A stretch of 62,988 nt of DNA, filler included, from Atractiella rhizophila (Eukaryota): assembly GCA_021432655.1 (NCBI GenBank). It is 2 parts of one record of this genome, joined end to end, with 100 filler letters (N's around TTAATTAATTAA, not from the genome) between each part and the next. Parts side by side here need not be neighbours in the genome. Positions count along the whole stretch, not along the records: positions 31,993 to 62,988 come from MU271311.1; 1 more part is not named here. One strand, written 5' to 3'. The notes below the pieces were generated by a model. It was given only the letters and a program-made list of their open reading frames with translations, made no database searches and had not been told where the DNA came from. Within the stretch, counting starts at the first letter, position 1, and every line of letters begins with the position of its first letter. Shown here piece by piece: positions 37,532 to 52,836 of the stretch. Position numbers and translations under genes: made by a program.

Positions 37532-38478
37532 TCAAGTAGTCTTGTGGGCTGTATTAGGGAAATCCATGTACAGTTTCCAAAAAGTCAGTTCGGAAACCTG
37601 CAACCCGCTCATAATTCTCTGAGACCATTCAGTGCTGATAGCATTGTTCCATTCTTCCGTCTGAGTGAACGTGGCTGGATCAAGTTGCTCGAATTCTGTG
37701 CAGCAGCCGGATGCTTAGATCTCAACAAAAGTGAAATGTTAGGGAAGGACACACCATGAATGGCGGCATATTTTGGCGCGTTACCCCTTTCATCTTCTTT
37801 CCCGGTCTGACTGAGCAAACTGTCGGTGACCTTATAACGGAAGCTCCTCCTGGAACACGCATGAGCCTTATCACTCAAGTTTCGTCGACACCCAATGACA
37901 TACCTCCAATGGGGAATTTTGGCAAAAAGCGGAATATGTTCCTCCCTATACCACTTTTCAAAATCCTCGTCGTTCCCTCCTTCGGAGTCAATCCAACCGC
38001 AACAACGAAAGGCGCCGGACCTTTGCTTTCTCTCACGCTCCCGGTATCCGTGAGCTTCACTTTACAAAACCTACGATCCACGACCGCCAGGTTTTTGAGG
38101 AGCGCGGCTTCTCTTGCTGAGGTCTGAGTCAGTAGAGAGACGTATCGGGGATCGTCGATGAATGAAGAAACGGAGAGCTCTGCTATTGTCATCCACCTTG
38201 GAGGGTTGGGGAGCATCGATTCGTAGCGCGTGAGAGTTAGAAATTCGGGCAAATTGCTAGACCAAATATCAACCATTTTACTTGGAAGGTCGATAAAACA
38301 TACTTGTCCGTTTGTAAGGGGATGTGCTCGTTATTGTACCAATCTGCCAGCAGTTCGTCACCAGTCTCACGGCGTCAGGTTACCTGAAGAGCAAAATCGT
38401 ACCGTGAAATTCTTCTAAAGCCACTCCCTCCCCTGGGTCGGTCATGATCCAAAGTAAACCTCCTTCCATGCCATCCAT
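37532..38478 (-). pseudogene. EthD-like dimeric alpha/beta-barrel protein, copy 1, with an apparent 1-bp deletion near 37970
   Basis: EFHDWYNNEHIP, DRRF and APKYAAIHEF; the second WY.EEHI motif is in a shifted frame relative to the paralog. Could be an assembly error. Confidence 0.65.
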
Positions 38479-39341
38479 AACAGATTTTTCGTGTCCTCTT
38501 AAAGTATAATGGCTGCGTTCCTCGCAGATGCCTACGATCTACTTTCTTCACCACCTCTCTCCCCTTTTATGGTATTTATGGTATTAGATGCACACATTCC
38601 CCGTTCGTACTTCCTAAGCAGCTGCTGTTTCGGTTACAAGTTGGAGGGGACGGCGAGAGGACATGGTAGACAGAACGGATGCTCCGCTCACTCCACTCAA
38701 AGTGCGAAATCTGCCTTGAATCTGCCTAGCAGCTGCCGTCTGCCCACTTCGTCCTTTGGGTGGTGGCATCCAGTACCCGCTATTTCCGAAACATCTCTTC
38801 CCATCCTGACTATGTGTCGTTCAGAAACCTGCACCCGCTCTGTCCGAACCGATGCAACCATCCTACTGCGCAGCACAGTGGCGTTTCAATCATTTTATCG
38901 CCTCGATAATTTACATCAATTTACTAGGCCATCAAAAAAAACGCCGATTACCGGTATCATGCTGCTCTATGGTTCTTTGGATTATTGGCCAAAGTCTGCC
39001 TGTTCGTCGTTTGCCCTGCTATTGCTTAAACGGGAGACATTCGAAGGAAAGTGACGATTTTCTTTTCAATTTTCTTTACTGGCAGTGAGCGGTGGTAGTG
39101 ACATTCTGCGTTCTCTAATGCCAGTGATGATCTGCAGCAACCAGTTCTGCTTTCTCGATTTGCGTTGCAGCAGAACACGTATCGCTTAAGTGCAGTAGCA
39201 ATGGCTAATCCAGACTGTACCATATTTGTTGTTCATTTGATATCAAGAAGCTTGGAAGATTGCGATTGTCCCAATTTACATATTTGCTTGATTCCGTTAG
39301 TGTTGGCAAGAGTTGTTACAAAATGTCCGATCAACTGCTTC

Positions 39342-40284
39342 TCACTTTTTAGACGTATTAGGCCAGTCCTTATACAATTTCCAAAAACCCATCTCCCGAG
39401 CTTGCAGGCTTCCCATTGTCTTCTTGGCCCAGTCCGTGGAAATGGCTTGCTGGAACGCCTCATCCTTCGGAAACGTCTCCGGATCAAGATGCTCGAATTC
39501 TAGACTTGTTTTAGTGCATCGAAGGCAGAGTAAAGAGGATGAGACGAACCGTAGATAGCAACATACTGCGGAGCTTTCCCAGACTCATCTTCTTTCCCGG
39601 TTTGACTCAAGAGGCTGTCTGTAATTTTATATCTGAATGTTCTCCTATGCATCACATGAGTTCCTCATCGCGCCACGCAAGAGCGAAGGTGAGACAGACC
39701 TCCAGCCAGGAATCTTAGCCATCATACCGATATGTTCTTCCTTGTACCACTTTTCAAAGTCGGCATCCGTACCTTGGGCAGGCGTCAAAGCTGCTATCAC
39801 GAGGAACGGCGCAGGTCCTTTCGTGTCCCTCACACTCCCGGTGTCGGCGAGCTTGACACCACAGATCCTGCGATCGAGAATGCCTAAGTTCTTGACCAAA
39901 GCGGCTTCGCGGGAAGAGCGGTTCGCTCGCAGCGTGGTGTATTTGGGGTCATTAAAGAAGGACGAAGAGGAAACTTCGTATATTGCCATCCATTTGGGTG
40001 GCTGGGGGATAAGAGATTCGTAACGTGCTCCTGTGAGGAATTCAGGGAGGTTGCTGATTTCGATTGAGTCTTGCGAGATCTTTCCAGATGATGGGAAAAG
40101 GAATGGCTTACTTGTCCATTCTTAAAGGTATATGCTCGTTGTCATACCAGTCTGTGAGGAACGTGAATCCTCTTCTTTTTTGGGGCTAATGTTGAATATA
40201 CGAACCATGAAACTCTTCCAGAGTCACTTTCTCTCCAGGGTCAGAGAATACCCAAAGTAATGCTCCTTCCAATGTTTCAGCCAT
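39342..40284 (-). CDS. EthD-like dimeric alpha/beta-barrel protein, copy 2 (intact)
   Basis: LLWVFSDPGEKVTLEEFHDWYDNEHIP, DFEKWYKEEHIGMMAKIPGWR; exon structure matches copy 1. Confidence 0.8.
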
Positions 40285-40756
40285 GATACCTAAGTTGTGC
40301 CTTCAACTATTTCACTTTGATCACCTCCCAATTCGATCGCTGACACCTTTTGAAGCTGTCTGCCTCGTCGTTCACTACTCATCAACTCCATCGGGCACCA
40401 CCTCCTACACCGAAGCGGGAGTTGTCGGGATAAACATTCCCCCGAACACCACTTCACTTTCCCTACCTTCCTCAATCTTTCCAGCCCCATCCCCCTGGAG
40501 GAAAAAAGGCAGCAATACCTCTGCAAGAGCCTGGAAACAGCCCCGGCAGCGGCAGATGTGGCCGAGTATTTTTTTGGCGACGATGTCACGATGTCACTTA
40601 CCTGTAATCAAAGTGTGACGTCACAGTCAGTCACTCTCTTCTCGTTCTAGAGGAGTTTATAAAGGGAAGACCAAGGCTCTCAGACTCCTCACATCTCTTA
40701 GCATCACCTTAGACAAGGAATAAATCTCAGCAAATTATCTACAAGCTTATTTCACC

Positions 40757-41461
40757 ATGTCAGAATCAGCCTCTTCTCCTGCCATGACCAAGGCCAGCTC
40801 GAACGTCCACTTCGAATCGCAAAACACTGGTTCAACCAATTTGAACCCCTCGGAGAGCAGAAAAGGAGCGTTCGAGGACCAGAATCAAGGTCCTAGAGCA
40901 ACGGGAGACGAGGGTGCCAGCGATGCTCCTCCACCAGGAGAAGACTATCCTCCTCAATTGCATGCTGGGTACATATTCATTTGGCGTCAGTGCCAGCAAC
41001 TGACTAAGAGCGATTAGAAAATTAGAAGGCGTTGGACCTGAATACCATAATGAACATAAATTTTCGAGTAAGATGACTGGTTCGTACTTCATTTGCGCTT
41101 GATTGCAAAACGCTAAAGGTGGACTCAAGGTGTGAAGGAGCAGATGAAAGGACACATCACGAGGAATCATGACCTCGTCAATGTGCGTTTCTGTTCTACT
41201 TCCTTCAAGAGGAGAATCTGATGCATCGCTTTGAGCAGCAAGGAAAGGAAAGGTACAGTGGCGAGCTTGCGCAGAAGGAGCGTGAGCATGAACAGAACGA
41301 GAACCCGTTCGGGAACGGTACGTCATTGGTCCAGTTTCCTTTACGTTTCCCAAACTCAGCATATGTTTCTAGCGGGAGATGATGATGATAAGGAGCAACA
41401 AAAAGCCACGGACGCACCGACTGGAGAGGAGAAGGAGAAGTCTGCAGAAGTGAAAGCTTAG
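40757..41461 (+). CDS. Small hydrophilic hypothetical protein (hydrophilin-like)
   Basis: Multi-exon EDYPPQLHAG..GVGPEY..KMTG..VKEQMKGHITRNHDLV..GKERYSGEL; TATAAA at 40658. Confidence 0.7.
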
Positions 41462-41900
41462 TTCCGCAATCAGCAGCTCTTTAAGTAACCACGTGTCGTA
41501 TTTGTTTTGTAATTAAATGCATACCGCTATTGATATCGTACGAAAAGGGCCTCCAGCGAAGAGCCAACATGGCGCCTGTGAGTCTTGAGAGGCTTCAAGC
41601 GCTCACGGCTCAAGTTTGGTCCATAGTTGGTGAGAAGCACTCCCGGAGAAGACGAGGGAGGGTTAGGAGTTCTTAAACGCGTGCGTTCCATCCGTTGTCC
41701 AATATTCGAGCGGAGGTTGCGATTCGGAGTTGGCTGTAGTTTTGCCACCAGATGTCTTTCCCCGCTCCGGGAGGAATGACTTTCTTGCGATGACATCTAA
41801 ATTATATGAGAAGCCTCCTCCAAAGTAAAATATAAACCGGGGCAGCTGGCCTCTCGCCTTCTCTGTGTCTCTTCAAGTTTCTTTGCACAACTCCACCACA

Positions 41901-44103
41901 ATGGGACAGATGCATCCCTCAATCTCGACTGCCACTGTAGGCAACTTTGTTGTCGCGGCGATATTATTGTGTTTCTTCTCTTTTTGCGTCTACTTAGTAA
42001 ATTCAAGAGTGAATTTCAATCCGAAATACCTCCCGCCTGGTCCAAAGCCACACTGGCTTTGGGGAAACAAAATCCAACCGCCCTATCCCTGGAGAACGAT
42101 GGAGGGATGGACGAAGCAGTATGGTCTGTCAATCTATTGCTCCGAGGCATCCACAAAGCTGAACATGTGCAACAAAGGGCCACTATTCACGCTTTGGCAA
42201 GGTTCTACGCCTATGATTGTGATAGGAACAGTTCAGGCAGCTAAAGACATTTTGGAGAAAATGAGCGGCATTACGGCTGACAGAGCCCCTGTGAGTACAT
42301 GTATTTTCCACACGTAGCATCGAACTTCTGACGTCGGGTATTAGAGTTGGACAGCTGCCAACATCGCTAGGTGAAACGCTCTTTCTCAAGCAAATAAGTA
42401 CTTAGTGATGTGAAGTGGTGGGATGCGAACGCTTGTCATGAGGAGGGACGAGCGTTGGAGGAAGTTTCGGAAGTAAGTCAGCTCTATACCTTACCTTCTT
42501 GTTTAAGAACGAGAATAGGATGCTACACGAGCAAATGTCTCCGAAAATGGCGGCTACGTACGCGCGCTTGCTTCCAAGGGACGGACTTGACCTCATACCC
42601 GTCCAGATACGAACCGATCCAGACGGCAGCCGTGAAAACGCACATCCTAGATAGTAAGCTCCGAAGAACTGTCTAGCGTTGATCGCTCACCGTAAAACAG
42701 TTTTGGAGCAGCCGGATGAACACCAAAACCATGCGAAAAAGTAAGTATTTTTAAACCTAAATTTGTCGAGTTTTAATCCTGGTGGACAGGTATGCGGCAT
42801 CCGTCATCATGACCATTACGTTTGTTTTCCGCCATATACCGCAGCGTCCCTTCCTCAATGGTCTTGCAGGTATGGGAAGGACACAACCACATCCTACACT
42901 GACCGTGCGTTGTTTTTGGTTCGAAAAGGCTGCACTGCTTAGACATGAGTTTAGCGGAAGTGGTGGCCATTAATGATTGCCTGTATCAACTCATGCTTTG
43001 CTTACGCCCTCCCCCAGCTGGATTTTGGGTAAACTACTTCCCCATTATGAAATATTTACCCTCTTTCGGCTGGCGATCCACTTTACAACACTATCACAAG
43101 GTGGAACTTGAGCTCTTCACACGCATGATGAATGAAGCGAGGGAGAGAATAGGTCATGGAAACATTGGAAGATGTTTTGCTACCGATGCGTGGGAAAAGA
43201 TGGCAGAGGTGGGTTTGAATGAGAAGGAAATCGCCTATGCGGGAGGTAGTATGTTTGGGGCAGGTGAGATATTCTTCCGGCTGCGAATTTTGCGGACTGA
43301 GTCCCTTCAGGTTCAGATACCACTGCTGCTGCCATCAGTATCGCCATAATGGCCGCAGCTTGTTTCCCGAAAAAGCAAGCGAAACTTCAAGATGAGCTGG
43401 ACCGAGTCGTTGGACGGGGAAGATGTCCTACCTTTGAAGATCGCCCTGAACTTCCCTACACTGAAGCATTCGTTCGAGAAGCATTCCGTTGGCGGCCTGT
43501 TAGGTGAGACAATTTCTTCCTCTCAAAACACCACGTCTGCGCAGCAAACTGACTGAGAGACCAGCTCCGGTGGCTTCGCCCATGCCGTCACTGAGCCATT
43601 TTCTTACGGCGGGTATCACATCCCAGCTTCAGCTGCCATTCTAGGCAACCATTGGGCTATCACTCGCGACAAGTCGGTCTACCCAGATCCTGACAACTTT
43701 CTGCCGGAGCGCTTTCTGAAGGCAGACGAGAGGGAGCTAAACGATTTACCACATTTTACATACGGATTTGGCCGAAGGTAAGCTGCTTTTTTATAGATGC
43801 TTGATATTGAATTGCTGTCATCTATAGGATCTGTGCTGGAAAAGAGATCGCTAATCGGAGTCTGTTTCTCAATGTGGCGATGCTTCTTTGGGCTTTTGAA
43901 ATCCGCAAAAAAATCGATCCTTCAACCCAAGAAGAAATTCCTATTGATAGTGCGCCTTTAATCCTGTAAACCGCGCCGCCACTGATTATGATGATTTAGC
44001 TTTGGCATTCACGGATACTGCCAACTCGCACCCTCAGCCATTTCAAGTGAGTTTTCAAGGGCGGATACCCCAGGACGTCATCGAACGGGAGATGAAAATG
44101 TGA
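41901..44103 (+). CDS. Cytochrome P450 monooxygenase
   Basis: N-terminal TM anchor, PPGP, I-helix AGSDTT, ExxR (EAFR), PERF and heme motif YGFGRRICAG; TATAAA at 41831. Confidence 0.93.
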
Positions 44104-44310
44104 AGCAACTTGTAATGCATGTAATACAATATTGGACTCTCTGAAACAATGACATTGACCATTCGAATCCGCGCCTGATGGTGTCTTCGGAGAGGGGAGC
44201 TCAAGTAAGGTTTGATGCAGGCTTCCATGCTTATTCTTATTGTTGTGCGCTGGACAATCTTGGACATTCAATATTCAGTTTGGACAGATTGGATTATACA
44301 GTGAAGAGGA

Positions 44311-45030
44311 ATGGAAATACAATCCCAAGTAACTTTCCTCATTTGCAAATCTAACATTTTGTTGTTTCATGCTTCCTTGACTGACTGATTCTTGTTCCAG
44401 CTTCCCGCTGCTTCCCTTGAGCTTTCAACATCACAATCCCTACCCACTCAATCCCAAACAGATACAAGTGCTGTTCCTTCGACTTATCCCTTTGCTTGTA
44501 AATGGGGACACTGCGATCAAGAGTTCGGTAGTAACAATGAGGTCCGCCTCTCTTATCTTCGTCAGCTTTTGTTCCTTCCACACTTGCCTTCATGGGCTTT
44601 GCACTGAATTCAGCCAGTGGAACAGCTTATTGAACACGTTAAAGTCCATCTTGCGAACGTGAAACCGGCGAGGATCCCGATATCGAAGCTGCGAAAGGCG
44701 ATATACGACGGTCCGTCGGCAGAAGACAGTGCGTTGGCTCTTCTCCTGTCTGTGGTCACGAACGACAAATTGACTTGATTTGGCCGTACTGCAGCGTCGT
44801 TTCGAAGCGTCGCCAAACGTGTTGAATCTCAATCGCAGGGTCACAATGTTCAACTGGAGGGCGGAGCGCCAATGTGGACAATCCAGGCAGGGATTGAGGA
44901 TGAGGCGATGGAGGACGAGGAAGAATTCGAAAAGGAACAGATTTTTGAGACTACGGTAATGGGGATGGCCGATATGGCTCAGCTCAACAGGGAGATAAAA
45001 GAAGAGAAGGAGGAGGAAGAGACCAGGTAG
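44311..45030 (+). CDS. Single C2H2 zinc-finger hypothetical protein; ends approximate
   Basis: Spliced CKWGHCDQEFGSNNE|LIEHVKVH (C-x4-C-x12-H-x3-H) plus an acidic tail. Confidence 0.6.
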
Positions 45031-45514
45031 TACCGTTGCTTGCTTTCTGTCAGGAGTATTCCCCTCGCTCAGCGCAGAAGTAGGGCGACAGAATAGAGTA
45101 AACCGAGCGTTTGATCCAAGAACGATACGACGAACCCAACCCGCTTTCATTGTCGATTCTAAAAGACTCAAGAGAAGACAGTCTACTTGTATATAGCTCC
45201 GCTCTTTCACGACTACTTGATTGGTGGATGAAAGCGCTACAAGGCCCCACTAGGTGTGTGAATTTTTCGTGATCCACCAGGGCTCTCGGTTGTCTCCTAC
45301 ATTTCTTTGATTTTGCTCGTTGAAGAAAATGAGTACCAGGTTGAAATTGCACTTCTGTATGGATGTTCAGAGCTGAGAAAATACTTTTGCCGAGAGTATG
45401 GCTGCATGCTGTCAGGCCACAGCGCTGCACTGGCAGCTCAATGGTGGTAAAACACTTTCATTGTGACATTGAGCTGTTTTGTGACATTTCAGATCCTACA
45501 ACTTTATCCAATCC

Positions 45515-48598
<3,084 letters not shown>

Positions 48599-49149
48599 AT
48601 TAAGAACTCGAGAGTCAGATCTGCTACAATTCAAGCTTTGCTGTAAGAGTTTGAGTCGAATTTTCTATGATACATTGGTATGTACTTACCGAGTTGAGCT
48701 AGTAGAGCTGATTTTCAATATTGATATTATATATATATATTGATGAGGTCAGAGCAAGCAAGTCAAGACTGTACTCGTGGTTTCTTCGATAAGACGAATT
48801 CAGTACTTTATCTGCCCTTGTCTCACTTTATCGCCAATTCAGCTTCCTCAGGAGCGACGGCCGAGCGCAACTTCGCAGTTGTTCTCAGCATGGAAGTATT
48901 TCCTGTGCACGGGGACGAGCAGGAAAGTCAGGAAACAGGCACGCCATCCTTTCTTCGTGCCCCGCAATCGCTCGCCATTCCAGCCTTCAACCCCACCATC
49001 TCCATCTTTACTTGTCACTTCCCTCGTTTAGGCATGGGCTTCGATCTGCCTGAGTCCGTATATATAAGCGCCCCTGCTAACCTCCATCTCCTTCTCCCTG
49101 CCTTTTTGTCACGATCTGGGGTTGACCAGTACAACACGAAGAGGAAAAG

Positions 49150-51504
49150 ATGGGTCTATCGCCAAAGCAACTCGGGAGATTCCGAGCTATCTACCTCACC
49201 GCTCTTGTGAGCATTGGGAGCTTTTGGTGAGTCGTTTGCTTCACTCTGAGCTCATCAACTGAAAGAACGGACAGTTTTAGGTATTGCAACTACTATTCTC
49301 CGATTTTCGGCTCATACTCACCTATTTTTGCCTAGTTATGACACTGGTATTGTTGGTATGCTTTCTTTCCTCTCAGTCAATTTGCATAATCTGACATTCA
49401 ATATTTAGGGACGGTTCTCACAATGCCTTCTTTCAAGAACGACTTCCGTTACACAACCTCAGGTAATTATCGGCTGCTTTCGAGGTTCCGGGCTAACTTG
49501 TTTTTCAGAGCAAACGGATGTCAACTCCAACGCCGTGTCCATACTCCAGGGCGGCGCCTTCTTTGGTTCGTAATTTACCTTTCAATTTATCAGTTCGTGG
49601 AAGACTGAACGTGCAACCCAGGTTGCCTCTTCATCTCCCCAGTCAGCGCTCGCATCGGCCGTCGAATTCCCCTCGTGCTCGCCTCCCTTATCTTCATCGT
49701 CGGTAGCGCTCTCCAAACCATCAATTCACACTCCATCGACCTCTTTTATGTCGGTAGAGTCATAGCTGGCCTTGGTGTTGGGGCCGCGACAGTTATCCTC
49801 CCCATTTATACTGCCGAATGTGCACCGAGAGAGATTCGAGGAACGCTCGGAGGATGCTTCCAGTTCTTCTTCACTTTGGTGAGACTACCCAGCTTTTGAA
49901 AAAGCGCTCTAGACTGAGATGACGATGAAGGGAGTAGCTGCGGCTTATTGGACCACTTATGCTTGCAAAGAGGTCTATGCTGAGACCGATAACAAGCAAT
50001 GGAGGATTCCAGGTAAGTGACACAGCGCAGATTGATGGATGGAATGCGATGTTGATTTGCGTAAATTAGTCGCCTTCCAAATGATTCCAGGTGGCTTGCT
50101 TGGACTCGGGATGGCACTCATCCCCGAATCCCCTCGCTGGCTCGCTACCAAGGACAAGAAGGAGAAGGCTCTTCAAAACCTCGTTTGGCTCCGTGGAGGT
50201 GTTCGTGAGTCACCTCCTGGCTTGTGGACCAAAGCTGAAGAATCTCCGGATGCGTGACAGTCGACAACGAGATCCAAGAGGAGTTCGATGAGATCGTTAA
50301 CGGTATTGAGAGGGAGAGGTTGGAGAGGAGCGGATTCAGTTGGAGGGAGGTTCTGGTCCCGAAGAACAGGTTGAGGATTTTTATCGCTTTCTCGATGTTT
50401 GCATGTCAGTGTCATATTTTCCCCTCCAAGGTCCTATTCTCACAACCCGTCCCCATACATAGGCCAACAAGTAAGCTTGCGTTAGGCTAGTGGGAGAAAC
50501 GAAGAAGCTGATAAGGAATTCTAGTTGACTGGAAACACCTCCTTGGCTTACTAGTGAGTATTCCTCCCGTTCAACGAACTAAGCATCTAACGAAGAAGTC
50601 CCAGTGCGCCACAAATCTTCCAAGCCGTTGGAGCTGGCGACAAGGCAACACTCATCACTGGTTTCTTCGTCTGTCTCCACTTCTAGCTCTCATGTTTCAT
50701 TCGATAACGAATGCTTCGACAGGGTATCGCAAAGATAGTCGGTTGTCTAACCTACATCCTCTTCTTCGTCGACCGTTACGGCCGTCGCAGCGGCTTCATC
50801 AGTGGGGCTGCAGCTATGTCTGCACTCTTCCTTATCATCTCTCTCGTCGTCAAATATAACCCTCCTGCCGCTAACAAAGCCGCCGCTGCCCGCTGGGACT
50901 ATCGCTCCTAGTGCCATCGCGAGCATCTTGATGGTGTACTTTGAGGCTGTATGTTACCTTCTCATTGTCGCGGATTGTGAGACTGATGGGTTGGGAAGAT
51001 CGCTTTCAATATGTCTTGGGGACCCCTTTGCTGGTTGTATTTGGGAGAAATATTCCCTAATCGCATAAGGGAGATTGGAGTCACGACTGGGGCTTGTTCT
51101 CAGTGGCTGTTCAACTTCGTATTCAGTCAAGTGTAAGGAGCCTTCTCACCATCTTATGTCATCAAGAAACTGAACGAGATCGCAGGACGCCTCACGCATT
51201 CAACAACATCGGAGCATGGAAGACCTTCCTCATGTTTGCCGTTCGTCTCCCTGCCACCTTGATCAATAGAAACTTGCGCTCATGGCATCATGACTAGATT
51301 TTCAACTTCGCCGTCATAGGTTACGCCTACATCTTCCTGAGGGAAACGAAGGGCATCTCTCTCGAGACGATGGAACAAATATTCGGCTCGAATGCCACGA
51401 CTCTGGAGGCTGTTCCGCCTCCTCCGTTCGAGGAAGAGCCAGGGTCGCCGAAGTCGGTTTCAAAGTCGTCGCTTGAGGAACAGATTGCGACAGCGAAGGC
51501 ATGA
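49150..51504 (+). CDS. MFS sugar porter family transporter (quinate-permease-like); apparent 1-bp frameshift near 50890
   Basis: YDTG, GRVIAGLGVG, AECAPREIRG, PESPRWL, QQLTG, VDRYGRR, GEIFPNRIR and ETKG. Confidence 0.88.
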
Positions 51505-51754
51505 TTGGTCATGTTATTGGAGACATGGTGATGATGATAGAATGTATTTTATGATGGATATACGCTTTGTTGGAAGATTGTTGGCAGTTTTATTGCCCAT
51601 CTTTGCCATACCACGCTTCGTCGCGTCTCGCATCCTGCCTTGCCCATTGCTCTTCATTGCGGTACTTGAACGAGAATGAGGCAATAAAGCACCAGTTACA
51701 CGAATTACAGCGACCACGAAGCACATTAAATGTCTTGTCAACAGTTGTGCCACT

Positions 51755-52714
51755 TCAACGAATGTACCGAATGCCTTTTCCCCTCAAATAATCGACACCA
51801 GACCACACCGTCGTGATTGCGACGACGACCCTACATCCAATAAATTTGTCAGCGTATTGGAACATAGGATAAGAGGAGGACAGACTGAAGGGTCTCGATA
51901 TATGGGGAGCAAGAGAATGGGAGTATTTGAGCCATTGTTGTTCCTCCGACGAGGATGAGTTGGAGGAAGGTGTTGTACTTTGAGACCGTGGTTGGAGCTG
52001 CTTCTACGGATGGGATGGACATATCCCAATACCGTTTGAACGTTTTCTTAAATGACAGTGAATAGCTTGCTACCTAAGGGCAGGTGTGTCTTACCGGTTG
52101 TGGTAGGGTCTTCCAGCGCAGGTAGAAGGCGGATAAGGCCAGGAACGCGTCCCTTCCAACGATGAGAGTGCACAGATACACTGTCCTCCTCATTAGCTTA
52201 CACGATGCAAATATACATACCAAAACGCACCAGGCAGCAACCCCTTCATGGTGAGCGTCACCGCCAAAACGGTCATGAGGAATTTATCAGCTGCAGGGTC
52301 GAGTATGGTTCCCAGCGTTGACATCATACTCCACCGCCGCGCGAGGTATCCATCTACCTACCTCCTGTCATGTTGTTTGTCAGATACGATTGAAGAGCAG
52401 CATACAATGTCTGAGACGGCAGCGACGGCCAGAAGCGATGTTGCGAGCTTGAAGTCGTTGTGGAGGATGAGGTATCCGATGACGGGAGTTGCGGCTATGC
52501 GTCCGACGGTGAGGAAGTTGGGGATGGTGTAGATGTTTTCTGTGAGTGGACGCTTTGGAGGTGGCGAGACGGGAGGGAGTTGTTTGTCTGAGGTTGATGT
52601 GGAGGGGAAGGAAACGTGAAATCGCGCCGCTGGAATCTTGAGTGGTGACCGTATCCAAACACTCGGCCTAAAATGTGCTTGGTGAAGACGAAGGAACTGC
52701 CGTGGCTGCAGCAT
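51755..52714 (-). CDS. CRD1: Cardiolipin synthase (CDP-alcohol phosphatidyltransferase)
   Basis: Mitochondrial presequence, ENIYTIPNFLTVGR, DGYLARR..GTILDPAADK and RYWDMSIPSVE..PTTVSKYNTFLQ. Confidence 0.88.
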
Positions 52715-52836
52715 TTTTATCGTTGTGGAATAATAAAATGCTGCTGAAAGTGAATGTTCAATAGGTTGAACATTGACACTGTCCAAATAGGAAAGCGATA
52801 ACTACAACCTTGAAGAAAAGTAGAAAACGACGAACA

